NCBI RefSeq assembly: GCF_018350175.1
Contig: NC_058382.1
Coordinates: 51,710,001 to 51,774,000, forward strand
Length of the DNA stretch: 64,000 bases
Direction of reading: 5' to 3'
Source of the DNA: Felis catus
Lineage: Eukaryota
Positions within the stretch are counted from its first letter, which is position 1. Each line of letters opens with the position of its first letter. The position numbers and the translations under genes are program-made. This document shows positions 1 to 11,950 of this stretch, piece by piece. The notes below the pieces were generated by a model. That model worked only from the letters and a program-made list of their open reading frames with translations. It did not search any database and had not been told where the DNA came from.

Positions 1-526
1 GGAGAGGCTGCCAGCCCAGGGCTGGTCTCAGCCCTGTATCCCTTGGCTCCTGGCCCTTTCTCCCTGGTTTGTCTTGTCTGGGGGGTGTCATCTGACCCCG
101 ACGTACCACCGAGATTTAGACGGCGCCTTGACTTGCCAGGCCCTGATGGAGAGTTAGTTCCAAGGGCAGGAAGACTGGGGAGACCGTTTCCGGCTTGATT
201 ATACTGGATCCTTCTCAGTCCTGCATTTTGTTAACCCGGGGGGGCCCCGGTCCTCGCCGACAGCAAGGAGAGCCTGTTGTCTGTGGACATACTACAAGGA
301 CATTGTAAGCTAGAACTATTTAACAGGATGTAGATGTGAGATGAAAAAGAGAGAGGCTTCTTGTTTTCTTCCCCGGGCTACCTGGAGGTTCACCGACAAA
401 CCTGAATGCAATGGACATCTTGCCACCTTGCCCTCAGCTTCTAATGCAATTTCCTCCTCTCTCCCACTTAGACAACTCGTGTCTCCAGTCTTCTTCAGCA
501 AACCCCCTGAAACAATTTTCTCACAA

Positions 527-621
527 TTAGATGCGGGGCTTGAACTCACGATGCTGGGATCAAGACCCGAGCTGAGAGCAAGAGGCAGACGCTCCACCAA
601 CTGAGCCACCCAGGCGGCCCT
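527..621 (-). mobile_element. Partial CAN-SINE (tRNA-derived head)
   Basis: Reverse strand reads gggccgcctgggtggctcagttggtggagcg...gagttcaagcccc (pol III A and B boxes). Confidence 0.75.
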
Positions 622-2737
622 AAACCATTTGCTAACAGGCAAGGTATACATTCCAAATGAAAGACATCTGAGGGCATCTATTTATGTATATGTACGTATA
701 CATGTATATATTAAGTAGCAGTCAGACACAAAAACACAGAGAAAGTATAAAAAACCACATTCCGTAAGGAGCCAAACGTCATACGTGGATTTTGCCATCG
801 GAGTCTAATGGCTTTTATGCAAATCCCAGCTCTATCTGTATCTGCTCTATGTTACTTAGCTGTTTACCTGCTCTCCGTCTCAGGATGTTTATCTGCAAAG
901 AGAGAGAAGTGTCTACCTTGCAGGGTGGTTCTGGGATTTAATTCAACCCATCCATGTAAAGCAAGGAACACCCTTTCCTCGAACGCCTCACACACGGGGC
1001 CCTCGAGCGTAAGTGGTTGTCGTTGATGACGATTTCTGATACAGAGAGACTAAAACTCACACGGTCACGGGGTTAAGGAAAGGAAAACGAGTTACCCCCG
1101 GGGATGCCGTGGTGCAGGAAGATGCCATCAGGAATACATTCTTCACCTCTCCCAAACTGACACCCACTTTAATCTCCGCGCAAGGTCAGAGTTAGGCTCC
1201 GGTTGAGGCAAAACTGCCGACATCTCGTTTCCCGCGAGGCTACGCAAACTAGCCCACTTAGGCGCCCAGCACCTGTTTGGGGGGACACAATGTTACTTTT
1301 GACGATGAAGAAAGACAAACAGCGTTCAAAGAAGCGGGTTCTGCTTTGTACCCCTGCCTCTGAAGCACATCTGTATTCTGAATGACGACGCGGAAAGGAA
1401 ATACGTCCCGACAGCAGCTGCCTCTTCCCCGAAAGACGACTCACCCCCTCCGTGTATGTCCCGCCGAGACTTGTTAATGAGGGTGGCATCCTTCGGGAGC
1501 GTCTGGTTGGGCGTGTTTCATGCTAGGCATTTTGCTTCCGTGTAGATACACTGAAGCAAGTTCTTTAGGAATACGCGATTGCAAAAACCGATAAAAGCGA
1601 ACCCCATGCGTACATCATGTGTGTATATGTATCCGGGGGTATGTGGCGGGCCGGTCGCCAAGCCAGGATGCCAGAGGGGGGAGTGGCTCCCTGTCCACAC
1701 TGCCTCTTCCCCAGTAGAGAACCCACCACTCTCTGGAGACAGGGTGCCCCCCACCTCTCACCGCCCCTGCCCCCCTTAGGGGCTGCCCCTATAGAGCAAG
1801 CCAGCCTCTCTGTCTTTCTCTCTCCCCCCTACCCCACTCCCACCAGCTGGCCTCCATGTATCCCGGCAGGTTTCCCCCCACTATTTGGCTTCCCACCCTT
1901 TCTTCAGGCAAAACCAGCCTCTCCATAACCCCCCAAGTGTTTTATTCTCCGGGCTTCTGCCTCCTGGAGCGACTGTCACCTTCACGAAAGCCCATCAAAA
2001 TCCTCCCTGCCCTTCAAAGCCCAGATGAAATCCTGCCTTTCTACATTTAGCCAAACACTATGTATTGATACCCATGTGCGGAGGCAACCGTGGTGGGGAA
2101 AAGACGCATCGCTCTCTGTCTCCCGGAGCCTAGGTTTTCGTGGGGAGAGGCAGAGAATTACGGAAAACGAAACACGGTATCATGTAGAGAAGAGTGCTTC
2201 AAAGAGAAATAAAGTGGGTTAAGGGAACAGGGAATGGCAGTGTTTTAGCTACTCTTTGGGGCAGCAGACCAGGCTCCCCCAGGAAGGTTTCCTTTATCCC
2301 CGGGAGGAAACTGCATCCCTCCCCTGAACCCCTACTCATCGCTCTAATGGGGCACCGCCCCAGGTGCCTTCAGCAAAACACGAGGTCCGATCACTGCTAG
2401 TGGGTCTTATGGGGGCAAAAAAGAACTCCGGGGCCAAGTACATCCGAGAAAAGCTGGGGTCCACGAAATAAAGGAGGCTTCCTTACAGCCGGACTTTGGG
2501 GGAACTTTGCCATGTTAATACAGAGCAGAGATCTGCAAGGGGAGGCATCAAATGCCACTGTCCCCAAACGTTGTTTGACCACAGTGCTCTCCCACTGGGC
2601 GCTTCACAGGGTAAGTTTGCTTGGATCCCCTTCTAGAACATTAGCTCTTCAATGACAAGTATGACAGCCAATCTCTGTGCCCTACATATGACAACACAGC
2701 TCACGCCATACAGTAGGCATCAGCAAATAAGCTTTCA

Positions 2738-2860
2738 GGAGCGCCTGGCTGGCTCTGTCGAAAGAGTGTGCGACTCTCGATCTCAGAGTCATGAGCTCGA
2801 GCCCCACGTTGGGTGTAGAGATTACTTAAATAAATAAATAAACTTTAAAAAATAAAAAAC
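2738..2860 (+). mobile_element. Short older CAN-SINE
   Basis: ggagcgcctggctggctc...gagccccacgttgggtgtagagattactt followed by an A-rich tail. Confidence 0.8.
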
Positions 2861-2895
2861 AAATAGGTACTTTCATTGCTAGAGGCCTGTTTCTT

Positions 2896-3130
2896 CTTTT
2901 TTTTTTTTTGAGTAACTTTCTTCTTTTTTTTTAATGTTTATTTATTTTGAGAGAGAGAGCATGCACAAGCAAGGAAGGGGCAGAGAGAGAGGGAGAGAGA
3001 GAGTTCCAAGCAGGCCCTGAGCTGTAGGCGCAGAGCCCCATGTGGGTCTCGAACTCACGACCCCTGAGATCGTAACAAGAGCTGAAATCGGGAGTGGGAG
3101 GTTTAACTGACTGAGCCACCCAGGCGCCCC
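2896..3130 (-). mobile_element. CAN-SINE (SINEC_Fc-like)
   Basis: tRNA head, (CT) tract and A tail on the minus strand; flanked by ctagag(g/a)cctgtttc TSD. Confidence 0.9.
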
Positions 3131-3404
3131 CTAGAGACCTGTTTCAAATCCTCTCTGATGTGCTAGGAGGGACATCAGGGGCAGGTAGGAGCCTGCTGGG
3201 GGGAACGTGAGCTCACATTTGCTGTCGTTGTAAAAGAAAAGAATTAATAAGGATGCCTGCTTCTAGGATCCATCTCCCAAAAATACCCTAGGAAGAAACC
3301 TCTAAGAATCCCCCCCAAAGCGTGCACTCTGTGTGGAGGACTGGAGCTGCTATTTCCAAGAAGACTGCACGACAATTGGAAGTGGGGGAACTACAACCCT
3401 CAGG

Positions 3405-3815
3405 TTATGCTCATTTGGTGGCCGCCAGACACATGTGGCTAAGTTACCTGAAAGTAAATAAAATTCAAAAAAATTCAAAAAAAATTTTTAATATTTATTT
3501 TTGAGAGACAGCACGAGCAGGGGAGGGGCAGAGAGAGAGGGAGAGACACAGAACCCGAAGCAGGCTCCAGGCTCCGAGATGTCAGTACAGAGCCTGTCGC
3601 GGGGCTCGAACCCGCGAACCGCGAGATCGTGACCTGAGCCGAAGTCGGACGCTCAACCGACTGAGCCACCCAGGCGCCCCCCAAATTAAGAATTTTTAGT
3701 TCTTTAGTCACACCAAGTAGTCAAGCGCACAACTGGTCAGCGGCTGCTGCATTAGAGAACACAGGTAGAGAGACGATTTCCCTCACTGCAGAAGGTTCTA
3801 TTGGACAGTGCTGCC
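3405..3815. mobile_element. MER3/MER33-like hAT fossil split by a minus-strand CAN-SINE (~3484-3680)
   Basis: cacatgtggct... on the left and ...cactgcagaaggttctattggacagtgctg on the right, with a full SINE between them. Confidence 0.7.
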
Positions 3816-5740
3816 CGAAGTATAACCCTCCCCCCACCAGCTCCTTGAAACTGCTCCAAAATAGCCTGTGTCCTTTTCTGGCTCTTCCGCTGAGGACCTC
3901 ACCCTCAATAACCAGCACCCTCTGTCCCCAACAACACCATGATGTGGCCATTTTAAGGTAGCCAGCCGTGGGACGAACGTGAGAGCAGCGGCTAGCAGCA
4001 AATTGGTGTGGTCTCAGAGGGTTTGTCTGTCTCTCTCTCTCTCTGCCCACCCTGCAGTGATCATGACACCAGTTACACCATACTCCGCGTGCCAGAGTGT
4101 CATTCCTGCGAGCAGAGCTCAGGGAGCATGGTTCCTGCCGAGGTCTCAAGAACGCGTTGGATGAGGCACCAAGACAGGTGTATGGTGGAGCCTGTATCCG
4201 AGGAGAGATCTGAGTTCCTGCCTCCCCTCGCTCACCAGAACGGGCAAGAACGCTTAGCCAGGGTTGAGCTGCGAGTTCTGGGTGGGCAGACCTCGAGGCC
4301 AAGGTGAGGACACAAAGGGTGAATTCCCCGTGCGGCGGAGTCCGTGGTTCTTCCGCAGACGCCGAGCTTCCCACGTGCACCGGAAAATCTGAAGCCAATT
4401 TCACGACTAATTCACAGGCTAATTGGGACCAGACTGCTGGTCGCCGTGCGGCACAGTCACGCCATTACGTGCATCCGAGACCGAGCCTTCATTTAGATTA
4501 CAAATTTTCCCAGCACGGTTGTTACTGGTAATTAAACCTACTTGATTGTTCCATTATACAGAGATTACATGACGGTAAAGGAATCAGACATAACTTAATC
4601 TTTATCTCATTTCTAAAGGGGCACAGAAACGAGAAACAACAATGGTATAAAATACGGGAGTGATGCCCATCCATTTTTGTGGGGTTTTGCCAGCCTGGCT
4701 CATGGAAACACAGAGACTGAAGCCATCTTAACACGCAAGCATGTATCTGTTTTATTGTTGCACAATGAAAATTAAACATGGATGAAAACACCATGAATTG
4801 CTTTGAAAAATCACATTGGCGGCGCCTGGAAATAAATTCTCAGCGATTCACATTCTTATAATCTAGTTCTAAAAGCATTTCCCTATAATCCCTACCTAAA
4901 CTTTAATTCATAGTCCACACCTGCTGCCAGAAATCAAGGGCTGTCTCAAGTCATTGACTTTTTGGCTGACGTGACTACCCAGGCTTCCTGGGCCTGGCTG
5001 ATTTCCACTATTTTTTAATCGAATTGAATTGTATTGTATCGTGTTATTTTATTTTCAGATTCAAGTTCCATTTCTCCTCCTTTCAAAGTGTACACTCCGA
5101 ACAGAATTACCCGAAGGTCTGGATGCAAATGCAGATGCTTGGGTCCCACCTGAGTCAGGATCCCTGAGGCCACAGCCCAAGAGCCTCCATGTTGAATCAG
5201 CCCCCAGGAGATCCTCGTGCAGACTGAGACTACTCACCGCCACATCTGACACCCAACCGTCAAGAGTCAGGACCAACTGATACGTGTCTTTATGTCTCTG
5301 ACATCCGACTCCATGCCTAGCCGAGAATGGGCACTTGACCAGAGAATGCACTGAACCAAACTCATAAACTCTTTCCTTTCTAATGGGTCCAAAAAAAAAA
5401 AAGAAAGAAAGAAAGAAAGAAAAAGGCAAGGACCACGTGATGTAGGGATCAGTCCACTCCAGCCCACTTTCTACAAAACAATCACTCAACTTTCCCCTGG
5501 GGCCTCCCCTGAGACGAATCTGCCCAAATTGCCAGCTCCCAAGACCAGAGAGGAAGAATGTTCCAGGGGCACCAGAAGTGGTAGTTCCTGGCACTCGTGG
5601 CCACCACCTGTCGTCTCCTCTGAGGATGCCACCTCAGCAAGTGCTACAAGGAGGGGGCTTTATCTTCTCAATATCAAACGTCTGCCTTTGGAGCCCTTAA
5701 ACCAGTGTCTTCGACCTTTACAACAGAACCATCTGGATGC

Positions 5741-5930
5741 TCTGGCACACCTGGCTGGCTCAGTCAATTTTGGCTCAGGTCATGATCTCACAGTTCGTGA
5801 GTTTGAGTCCCGTATCGGGTTCAGTGCACAGCCTGCTTGGGATTCTCTCTCTCTTCCTCTTTCTGCCCCTGCCCTGCTCATGCTTCCTCTCTTTCTCTCT
5901 CTCTCCCAAAATAAATAAAAAATTTTTTAA
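5741..5930 (+). mobile_element. CAN-SINE (internally deleted)
   Basis: ctggctggctcagtc...ggctcaggtcatgatctcacag...(CT)n...aaaataaataaa. Confidence 0.85.
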
Positions 5931-8482
5931 AACCTTAAACAACAAAAAAGAAATGTACGTTCCGGGGTGGGTTTTACTCTGAGATAAGTGTCTGTGGGGT
6001 GGGATCTGGGGCACTGAGGTGTCCATGCAGCATCCTTTCCCCCAAATGATTTTGATGCTGAGCTCCCCCCCTTCCACCCTGCCGTCCCATCTGCAGAGAA
6101 ATTCCTATTGAAACCCGGTCCTCGAAGAACTCCTTCAACTTCCTCTCCTTAAAAGTGGGGGAAGACTGTGGCTCCTTAACTCTGTCTGATTTCGGGGTGG
6201 GGGAGAGTTGATGGAGGATGGGGCTGTGCGTTGGCAGAGTTGGGGGGGTGGGTGGGAAGCGTCTGCTTTGCAAATCCCCAACCCAGCAGTTGTAGCCAGT
6301 ATACTGGGATCGGATGCACTGGGGAGACACTCCCCTGTGACTTCCTTCTAAGGATTTAGAGCCCCTCCCACAAACTGAAGGTATGGGGGAAACTCAGATT
6401 TCCCAGGAGAGTAATGCTCAGTACGCGTTCTCCAGTAGTTTCCCTTCTCTCCACAGCCTACTTGGACCCCACTGCCTGTGTCCGGCAGAATTCATTGTTT
6501 GCTGTACCCCTCATCCCCCAGAGCATTTAGCCCTTTTCCTGGATTAAAGCACTCATCTGGCAATAAAGTTAATTGTTTGTCGTAGGTCTTTTCCCCAGAT
6601 ATCCTTTGCTCCTGAAGGCTGATTGGTATTTTCTTATCTCTGTGCCACCCAGGCCTGGCCATGGGGTGCTGCTCAAATAAAGGTTCCAGATGGGTGGGCT
6701 GCAGATAAGGTCCACCCTGCAGCCTGGGATGTGCTTCTTTGAGAGAAACACCAGGGAGGTGTTGGCTTCGCAGGCTGGCCTGGACCTTGTTACAGCTTTG
6801 CCTCTCTTTTACACATTTTCCAGAATTATGTCACTACCAACAAATGTGTGCACAGAAACTACAGAGACAAGCCATTTCCCCTAAAAGACACTGCCCGTTA
6901 ACCTTGAAGCCTGTGTTGTTTTGCAGGTGCAGAGATATACACACACCCATACATATATAATCTTATTATGATGCACTTCACCTTGTGATGTTCCCTGTGG
7001 CTGTGGCTTCCAGCCTTAAAAAGCCATAAAAACGAAATGTTTTTACAGCAGTATATCTGATCTTGAAAGAAGATGCTGTGGACAGGGCCTTGGTACACAG
7101 CAAAGCGTCTCGGGATGCCGCATTTTACGTTAAAGCAACCTGGACCCTGCCACGCTCTTTCTCATGTTGGGATTATGTGAATTTTTCTGGACGTCCAAAG
7201 CATCTTTTTCTGTTCCTTGGGTCCAGACTTTTGGAAGAGCCCCCTGCTCGCCCCCCTACTTTCACTCCCTACTTTTAATTCATCCCCACTCTGCTTCCAC
7301 AGAGATCTCCTGGGAAACCCAGACTTGTTATTCTGCTCCCTTCTGGAAGAAGTTCAACCTCCATTTTGTTTTGGCTTCCAAAGACTTTTCATCTTTTCCC
7401 AGAGATCCATTCTGAAAAATGTCCCTTTCTGTTCCCGTGTGCTATGCTGAGCAAGACCCCTCCCACGCTGCCTTCTGCTGTTCCCTCCGCCCAGAATGTC
7501 AACTTCCCCACCTGGGCCTCTTTGAAATCCCACCTACCTCTCAAATCCCACTGGAGTGCCGGATGCAGTTAATCGGACGGGCTCGAAACTAGGCTCCACC
7601 ATTTACTTGCTCTGAGACCATGAGCAAGGCACTCAACCACGCTGAGCCACAGTTTAGTCATCTTCAAAACGAGGATTCAGACAAAGGACGCCTGAACAAA
7701 GAGCAAATCAAATCCTCAGGCGGTGATGTTCAGCCCTCCATTTCATTCTCGGAACCAGTCTCCCATCCCCTCTCATACAGAGCTGAGAGAATACTGTGCA
7801 TTGCTAGAGCTGAGAATCATGTTGATTATCACCCCCAATAGACCAGGAGGATTTAGAGGTCAAGGGGCCCCATCTTAGACATGTCTAGCCCATAGTTGCT
7901 ACATGGTGGGTATTGGATATTTATCTCCTCACTCACAGAGCCACCTAATTCATAGTCACTTGCCTCTGGGAAGTGATGTCAAAATAAAAGAGCACAGAGG
8001 TCAGAACCGTCTGATCTTGAACTCTAGCTGTGTCACCTCACCAAGATATTTTTTTTAATTTCCTAATCTGGAAAGTGAGGAAATAACTCTCTGTGGACAT
8101 AACTCTCTGTTGTGTGGTTGCTCAAAGGATTAAGTTCACACTAATGTGGGTGAAGGTGCCATTAACATTATCATTTGGATGCCAACAAGCTTTTAGTTCG
8201 GGCTCTCAGCCTTGCCAGGACTGGCAAGGTGAACATCTGAGTTCAGTGGTTTTAAAAGTCTTAAGAAGTATGGCTCAACTGTCCCACGACTGAGGGCCAC
8301 ACAGTGATATTTCATGGGCTCTAGACAATTTTGGTTTCATGGACCCCTTCCTCCATGAAATAATAATAACATATTTTATGACTGCACTGGTATAAAGTGG
8401 ATATAACCCAGGCTGGAGTGATGATTACATATTGGTTATTACTGTATCCATCTTTTTTCTTCTGATTTTAAAAGAATTTAAA

Positions 8483-8698
8483 GGGGCACCTGGGTGGCTC
8501 AGTCGGTTAAGCATCCGACTCCGGCTCGGGTCCTGATCTCACAGTTCATGAGTTCAAGCCCTGCGTCAGGCTCTGGGCTGACAGCTCAGAGCCTGGAGGC
8601 TGCTTCGGGGTCTGTGTCTCCCTCTCTCTCTCCTCCTTACCCGTTCACACTCTGTCTCTGTCTCTCTCTCTCTCAAAAATAAATCGACATTAAAAAAA
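8483..8698 (+). mobile_element. CAN-SINE inserted in an older hAT-like MER remnant (~8290-8770)
   Basis: Full SINE structure; the flanks resemble a non-autonomous DNA transposon (family not assigned). Confidence 0.85.
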
Positions 8699-9016
8699 CG
8701 AATTTTGAAGAAATTAAAACTGGAACATTTTTGTGAGCCCCCAAAGTTACCGTGTACCTCCTGGGCCGCCAGTCTTTGAAGTCTGATGTCTTACGAGTGT
8801 CAGCTCAAAGCAGGCTCCCTGCCACTCGCTCTTCTCCAGTCACTTCTGGAGTCTCTGCACAAACTCAGTCTTCTTCCTGGAACCCTCTCCCCTTACTTTC
8901 CAAAGATACCTTAGAGCAGGGGCTCTGTGAATATCCCACTCTCCTTACAGCCCGGATTGCTGGGCCTTACCCCCAGCTTCTGATGCAGGAGCTCTGGGGG
9001 GAACCCAAGAATCGAC

Positions 9017-9244
9017 TTTTTTTTTCATTTATTTTTTTAACGTTTATTTATTTTTGAGAGAGAGAGAGAGAGAAAATGAATGAGTGGGGAGGGGCAGAGA
9101 GAGAGGGAGACACAGAATCAGAAGCAGGCTCCAGGCTCTGAGCTGTCAGCACAGAGCCTGACATAGGGCTCGAACCCACCAACCGTGAGAGCAGGACCCG
9201 AGGCTAAGTCCGACCCTTAACAGACTGAGCCACCCAGGCGCCCC
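9017..9244 (-). mobile_element. CAN-SINE inserted in a MER5A-like fossil (~8910-9322)
   Basis: Full SINE; the flanks gattgctgggccttacccccag... and ...ttttaacagcgcccaggtgatgct are MER5A-like. Confidence 0.85.
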
Positions 9245-9693
9245 CAGAAGGTACATTTTTAACAGCGCCCAGGTGATGCTCATGCTCTGGTCCCAGGAGC
9301 ACACACGGAGCACAGCTGCTCTAGAGGACGGCGGGTGTCCATTCTCTCTGGTGAGCCTTCTCTGACCTGGTTCACTCACGTTTCTCCCTCATATGCTCTC
9401 CAAGGACAAAGGCACCTGCTTTATCTATGTAATGGCTTGATCCACGTTTCTCTCGTGCACTTGTCTGCAGGCTGGCTCCATGCGACTTTTTGCTGGCTAT
9501 GCCATCTGCCCAAGCACATAGTAGGTGCTCAGTAAACATGTGTAGACTGCTGTTCAGAGAAGTTGAACCAACTTAACCTCCTAGCAACAGTGAATGCGGT
9601 TTCAGAATCCTTTTAAATCCCCTGCACTGCATTTTCCCCCTTCAACCTCAGAATTCTCATAGGCTCCCCATTCTTGTGGAAGAGTAAGGAGCT

Positions 9694-10317
9694 TGCAAAC
9701 TGGTGCAGCCGCTCTGGAAAACAGTGTGGAGGGTCCTTAAAAAATTAAAAGTAGATCTGCCCTATGACCCAGCAATAGCACTGCTAGGAATTGACCCAAG
9801 GGATACAGGAGTGCTGGTGCATAGGGGCACTTGAACCCCAATGTTTACAGCAGCACTTTCAACAATAGCTAAATTATGGAAAGAGCCTAAATGTCCATCA
9901 ACTGACGAATGGATACAGATGATGTGGTTTATATACACAATGGAATACTACTTGGCAAAGAGAGAGAATGAAATCTGGCCATTTGTAGCAACGTGGATGG
10001 AACTGGAGGGTATTATGCTAAGTGAAATAAGTCAGTCAGAGAAAGACAGATACCATATGGTTTCACTCATGTGGATCTTGAGAAACTTGACAAGACCATG
10101 GGGGAAGGGAAGGGGGGAAAAGTTACAAACAGCGAAGGAGGGAGGCAAACCATAAGAGGCTCTTAAATACTGAGAACAAACTGAGGGTTGATGGGGGCTG
10201 AGGGAGAGAGGAAAGTGGGTGATGGGCGCTGAGGAGGGCACCTGTTGGGATGAGCTCTGGGTGTTGTATGGAAACCAATTTGACCATAAAATATATTTAA
10301 AAAAAAAAAAAAAAAAA
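9694..10317 (+). mobile_element. 5'-truncated felid-type LINE-1 (ORF2 C-terminus, 3'UTR, poly-A) with 8-bp TSD AAGGAGCT
   Basis: ORF 9841-10155 (MFTAALSTIAKLWKEPKCPSTDEWI...YTMEYY) is the L1 ORF2 C-terminus. A-run at 10299-10319. AAGGAGCT at 9686-9693 and 10318-10325. Confidence 0.93.
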
Positions 10318-10320
10318 AAG

Positions 10321-11000
10321 GAGCTGGGCGGAAACTGCTTTAGCGAGTCCCCTTACGGCCTGGCCCTACGCCCCGCCCCACCCCGCCCCCTAAGGCCATA
10401 GGCCCCGCCTCTCTCCCCGCCCCAGGTCGCGGCTGCTCTGCGCATGCCCACTCGGCAGAGCGCGAGCTAGGAGTTGCGGTGGGGAAACAAACTTTGCCCG
10501 GGAGATGTCTCCAGCTCGTCCTTCCCCGGAGCCTGTCAGGTAAAGTCCCCCGGTCCCTGGCACTCCGAGCAGGGCCCGGCCGGCCCCGAGCGCGGCGCCG
10601 GGGCCGTTCGGCCGGGACTTTTCTTGCCGCGCCCATCTACTCACCTGCGGAGCCCGCGATCGGTGCGCTCGCCTCCCGGGCCGCCCGCGGGGCCGCGGGG
10701 TCTCTGCACCCATGGGCTCACACCCGGCCCCGCAGGGTCGCACCCCTTTCTCCTGCCCAACCGCCTTTCCTCTTCAGCTTAGGGCTTCTCCGGAGTTCCA
10801 TCCCAGAAACCAGGAGCCCGCACCAGGCAGCTCCGGTTTCAAGGCCGCGGTGGCCACCTCCAGGGTCTGGCAGTTACCTAACCTCTCTGAGCCTGGGCGG
10901 GACCCAGTCCTAACCTCGCCCGGGCTGTTGTGAGGACAGAAAGAGAAAAGCGTGGAATGCGTGGGACGAGCCCTTGCTCAGAACCGGGTGGCTGCTACGG
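10321..11000 (+). promoter_or_regulatory. NUDT7: CpG-island promoter/first exon region of NUDT7, with GC boxes and an NRF1-like site
   Basis: High GC and dense CpG. GGGCGG at 10326, repeated CCCCGCCCC motifs at 10370-10422, TGCGCATGCCCA at 10439-10450 (1 mismatch to the NRF1 consensus). No TATA box seen. Confidence 0.85.
10505..10539 (+). CDS. NUDT7: NUDT7 coding exon 1 (MSPARPSPEPV-R, 35 nt)
   Basis: ATG at 10505 (GAGATGT) inside a CpG island. Ends ...GAGCCTGTCAG|gtaaag (donor at 10540). EPVR matches the mammalian NUDT7 N-terminus, and the phase-2 junction joins exon 2 in frame (AG+A = Arg). Confidence 0.88.
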
Positions 11001-11566
11001 TGGTGTTTTTTTGGTGGTTATTCCAGCCAGCCCCTAATGTGGACACACACGTTTTTGCAGTTTTGCTTCTGCTGGTCCCTCTGATCGGTTCTGGGGCCTC
11101 TTAAAAAGCCACAGTCGGTGGGTCCAGTGCACACTCTGGCGGGCCAGTTTTCTGGACGTGGGCCTGTGTGCATGGGGTACACCGAGGAGCCCCCTCCAGT
11201 GCTCGCTTGCTGTGGTTCTGAAAAGGCCTTTGGTCGTTTTTGAAATCCACTGCTGGCACCCAGCCAGCTTTAGTGAGCATCCTGCCATGAAGAAAGAGGC
11301 GCAAAAAAAAAAAAAAAAAAAAAAAAAAAGCAAACACCTTCCCCAAACAACTTGCCCACCTAATGCCGGAGACATTTATGACAGCAGTCACGACGTGTTT
11401 ACAGATACCTTCAAGCAGGTCACAGATGAGGAAAGCAAGGCCTGGAGAGGTCCTTCCTAAACACTTTACAAGCAGTTCTGCCCCCCCCCCCCCCCCCCGC
11501 CCTTAAATATCTGACTTCGCCCACTCTGCAAAATTGCCTTTCCCAGAGAAAAATTAAAACCAAACT

Positions 11567-11950
11567 GTTAGTTTCTAGGGCCGCCGTAACAAAGTATCAC
11601 AAACTTGATGGCTTAAAACAACAGAAATTCATTCTGCCATAGTCCTGAAGCCCAGACGTCTGAATTTCCTGCCTGTTGCAGCTTCCGATGGACCTTGATG
11701 TTCCTTGGCTTGTGGCCACATCACTCTAACCTCTGCCTCTGTCTTCACATTGGCTTCTTCTGTGTGTGTGTGTGTTTCTATGTCCTCTCTTCTTATGAGT
11801 ATGCCAATCATTGGATGTAGGGCCCACCCTACATCCGGGATGATTTCATCTTAAGACTCGTGATTCCACCTGCAAAGACACTGCTTGCAAATAAAGTTGC
11901 ATTCTGAGCCTTCTGGGTGACATGAATTTGGGGGGACACTATTTAAGCTA
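11567..11950 (-). mobile_element. MLT1 (MaLR) solo LTR in intron 1
   Basis: gtaacaaagtatcacaaacttgatggcttaaaacaacagaaatt...tagggcccaccct...atgaatttggggggacactattt. Confidence 0.85.

Noticed and set aside
3721..4404. 227-aa minus-strand ORF (longest in the track)
   Set aside because: Non-ATG start, no recognisable domain, crosses a CT microsatellite and ends in a MER fossil.
9841..10155. 104-aa ORF as a host gene
   Set aside because: It is the L1 ORF2 C-terminus of a 5'-truncated element.
10340..10933. Multiple overlapping Pro/Arg/Gly-rich ORFs on both strands
   Set aside because: Expected from stop-codon scarcity in a CpG island; only 10505-10539 has splice and homology support.
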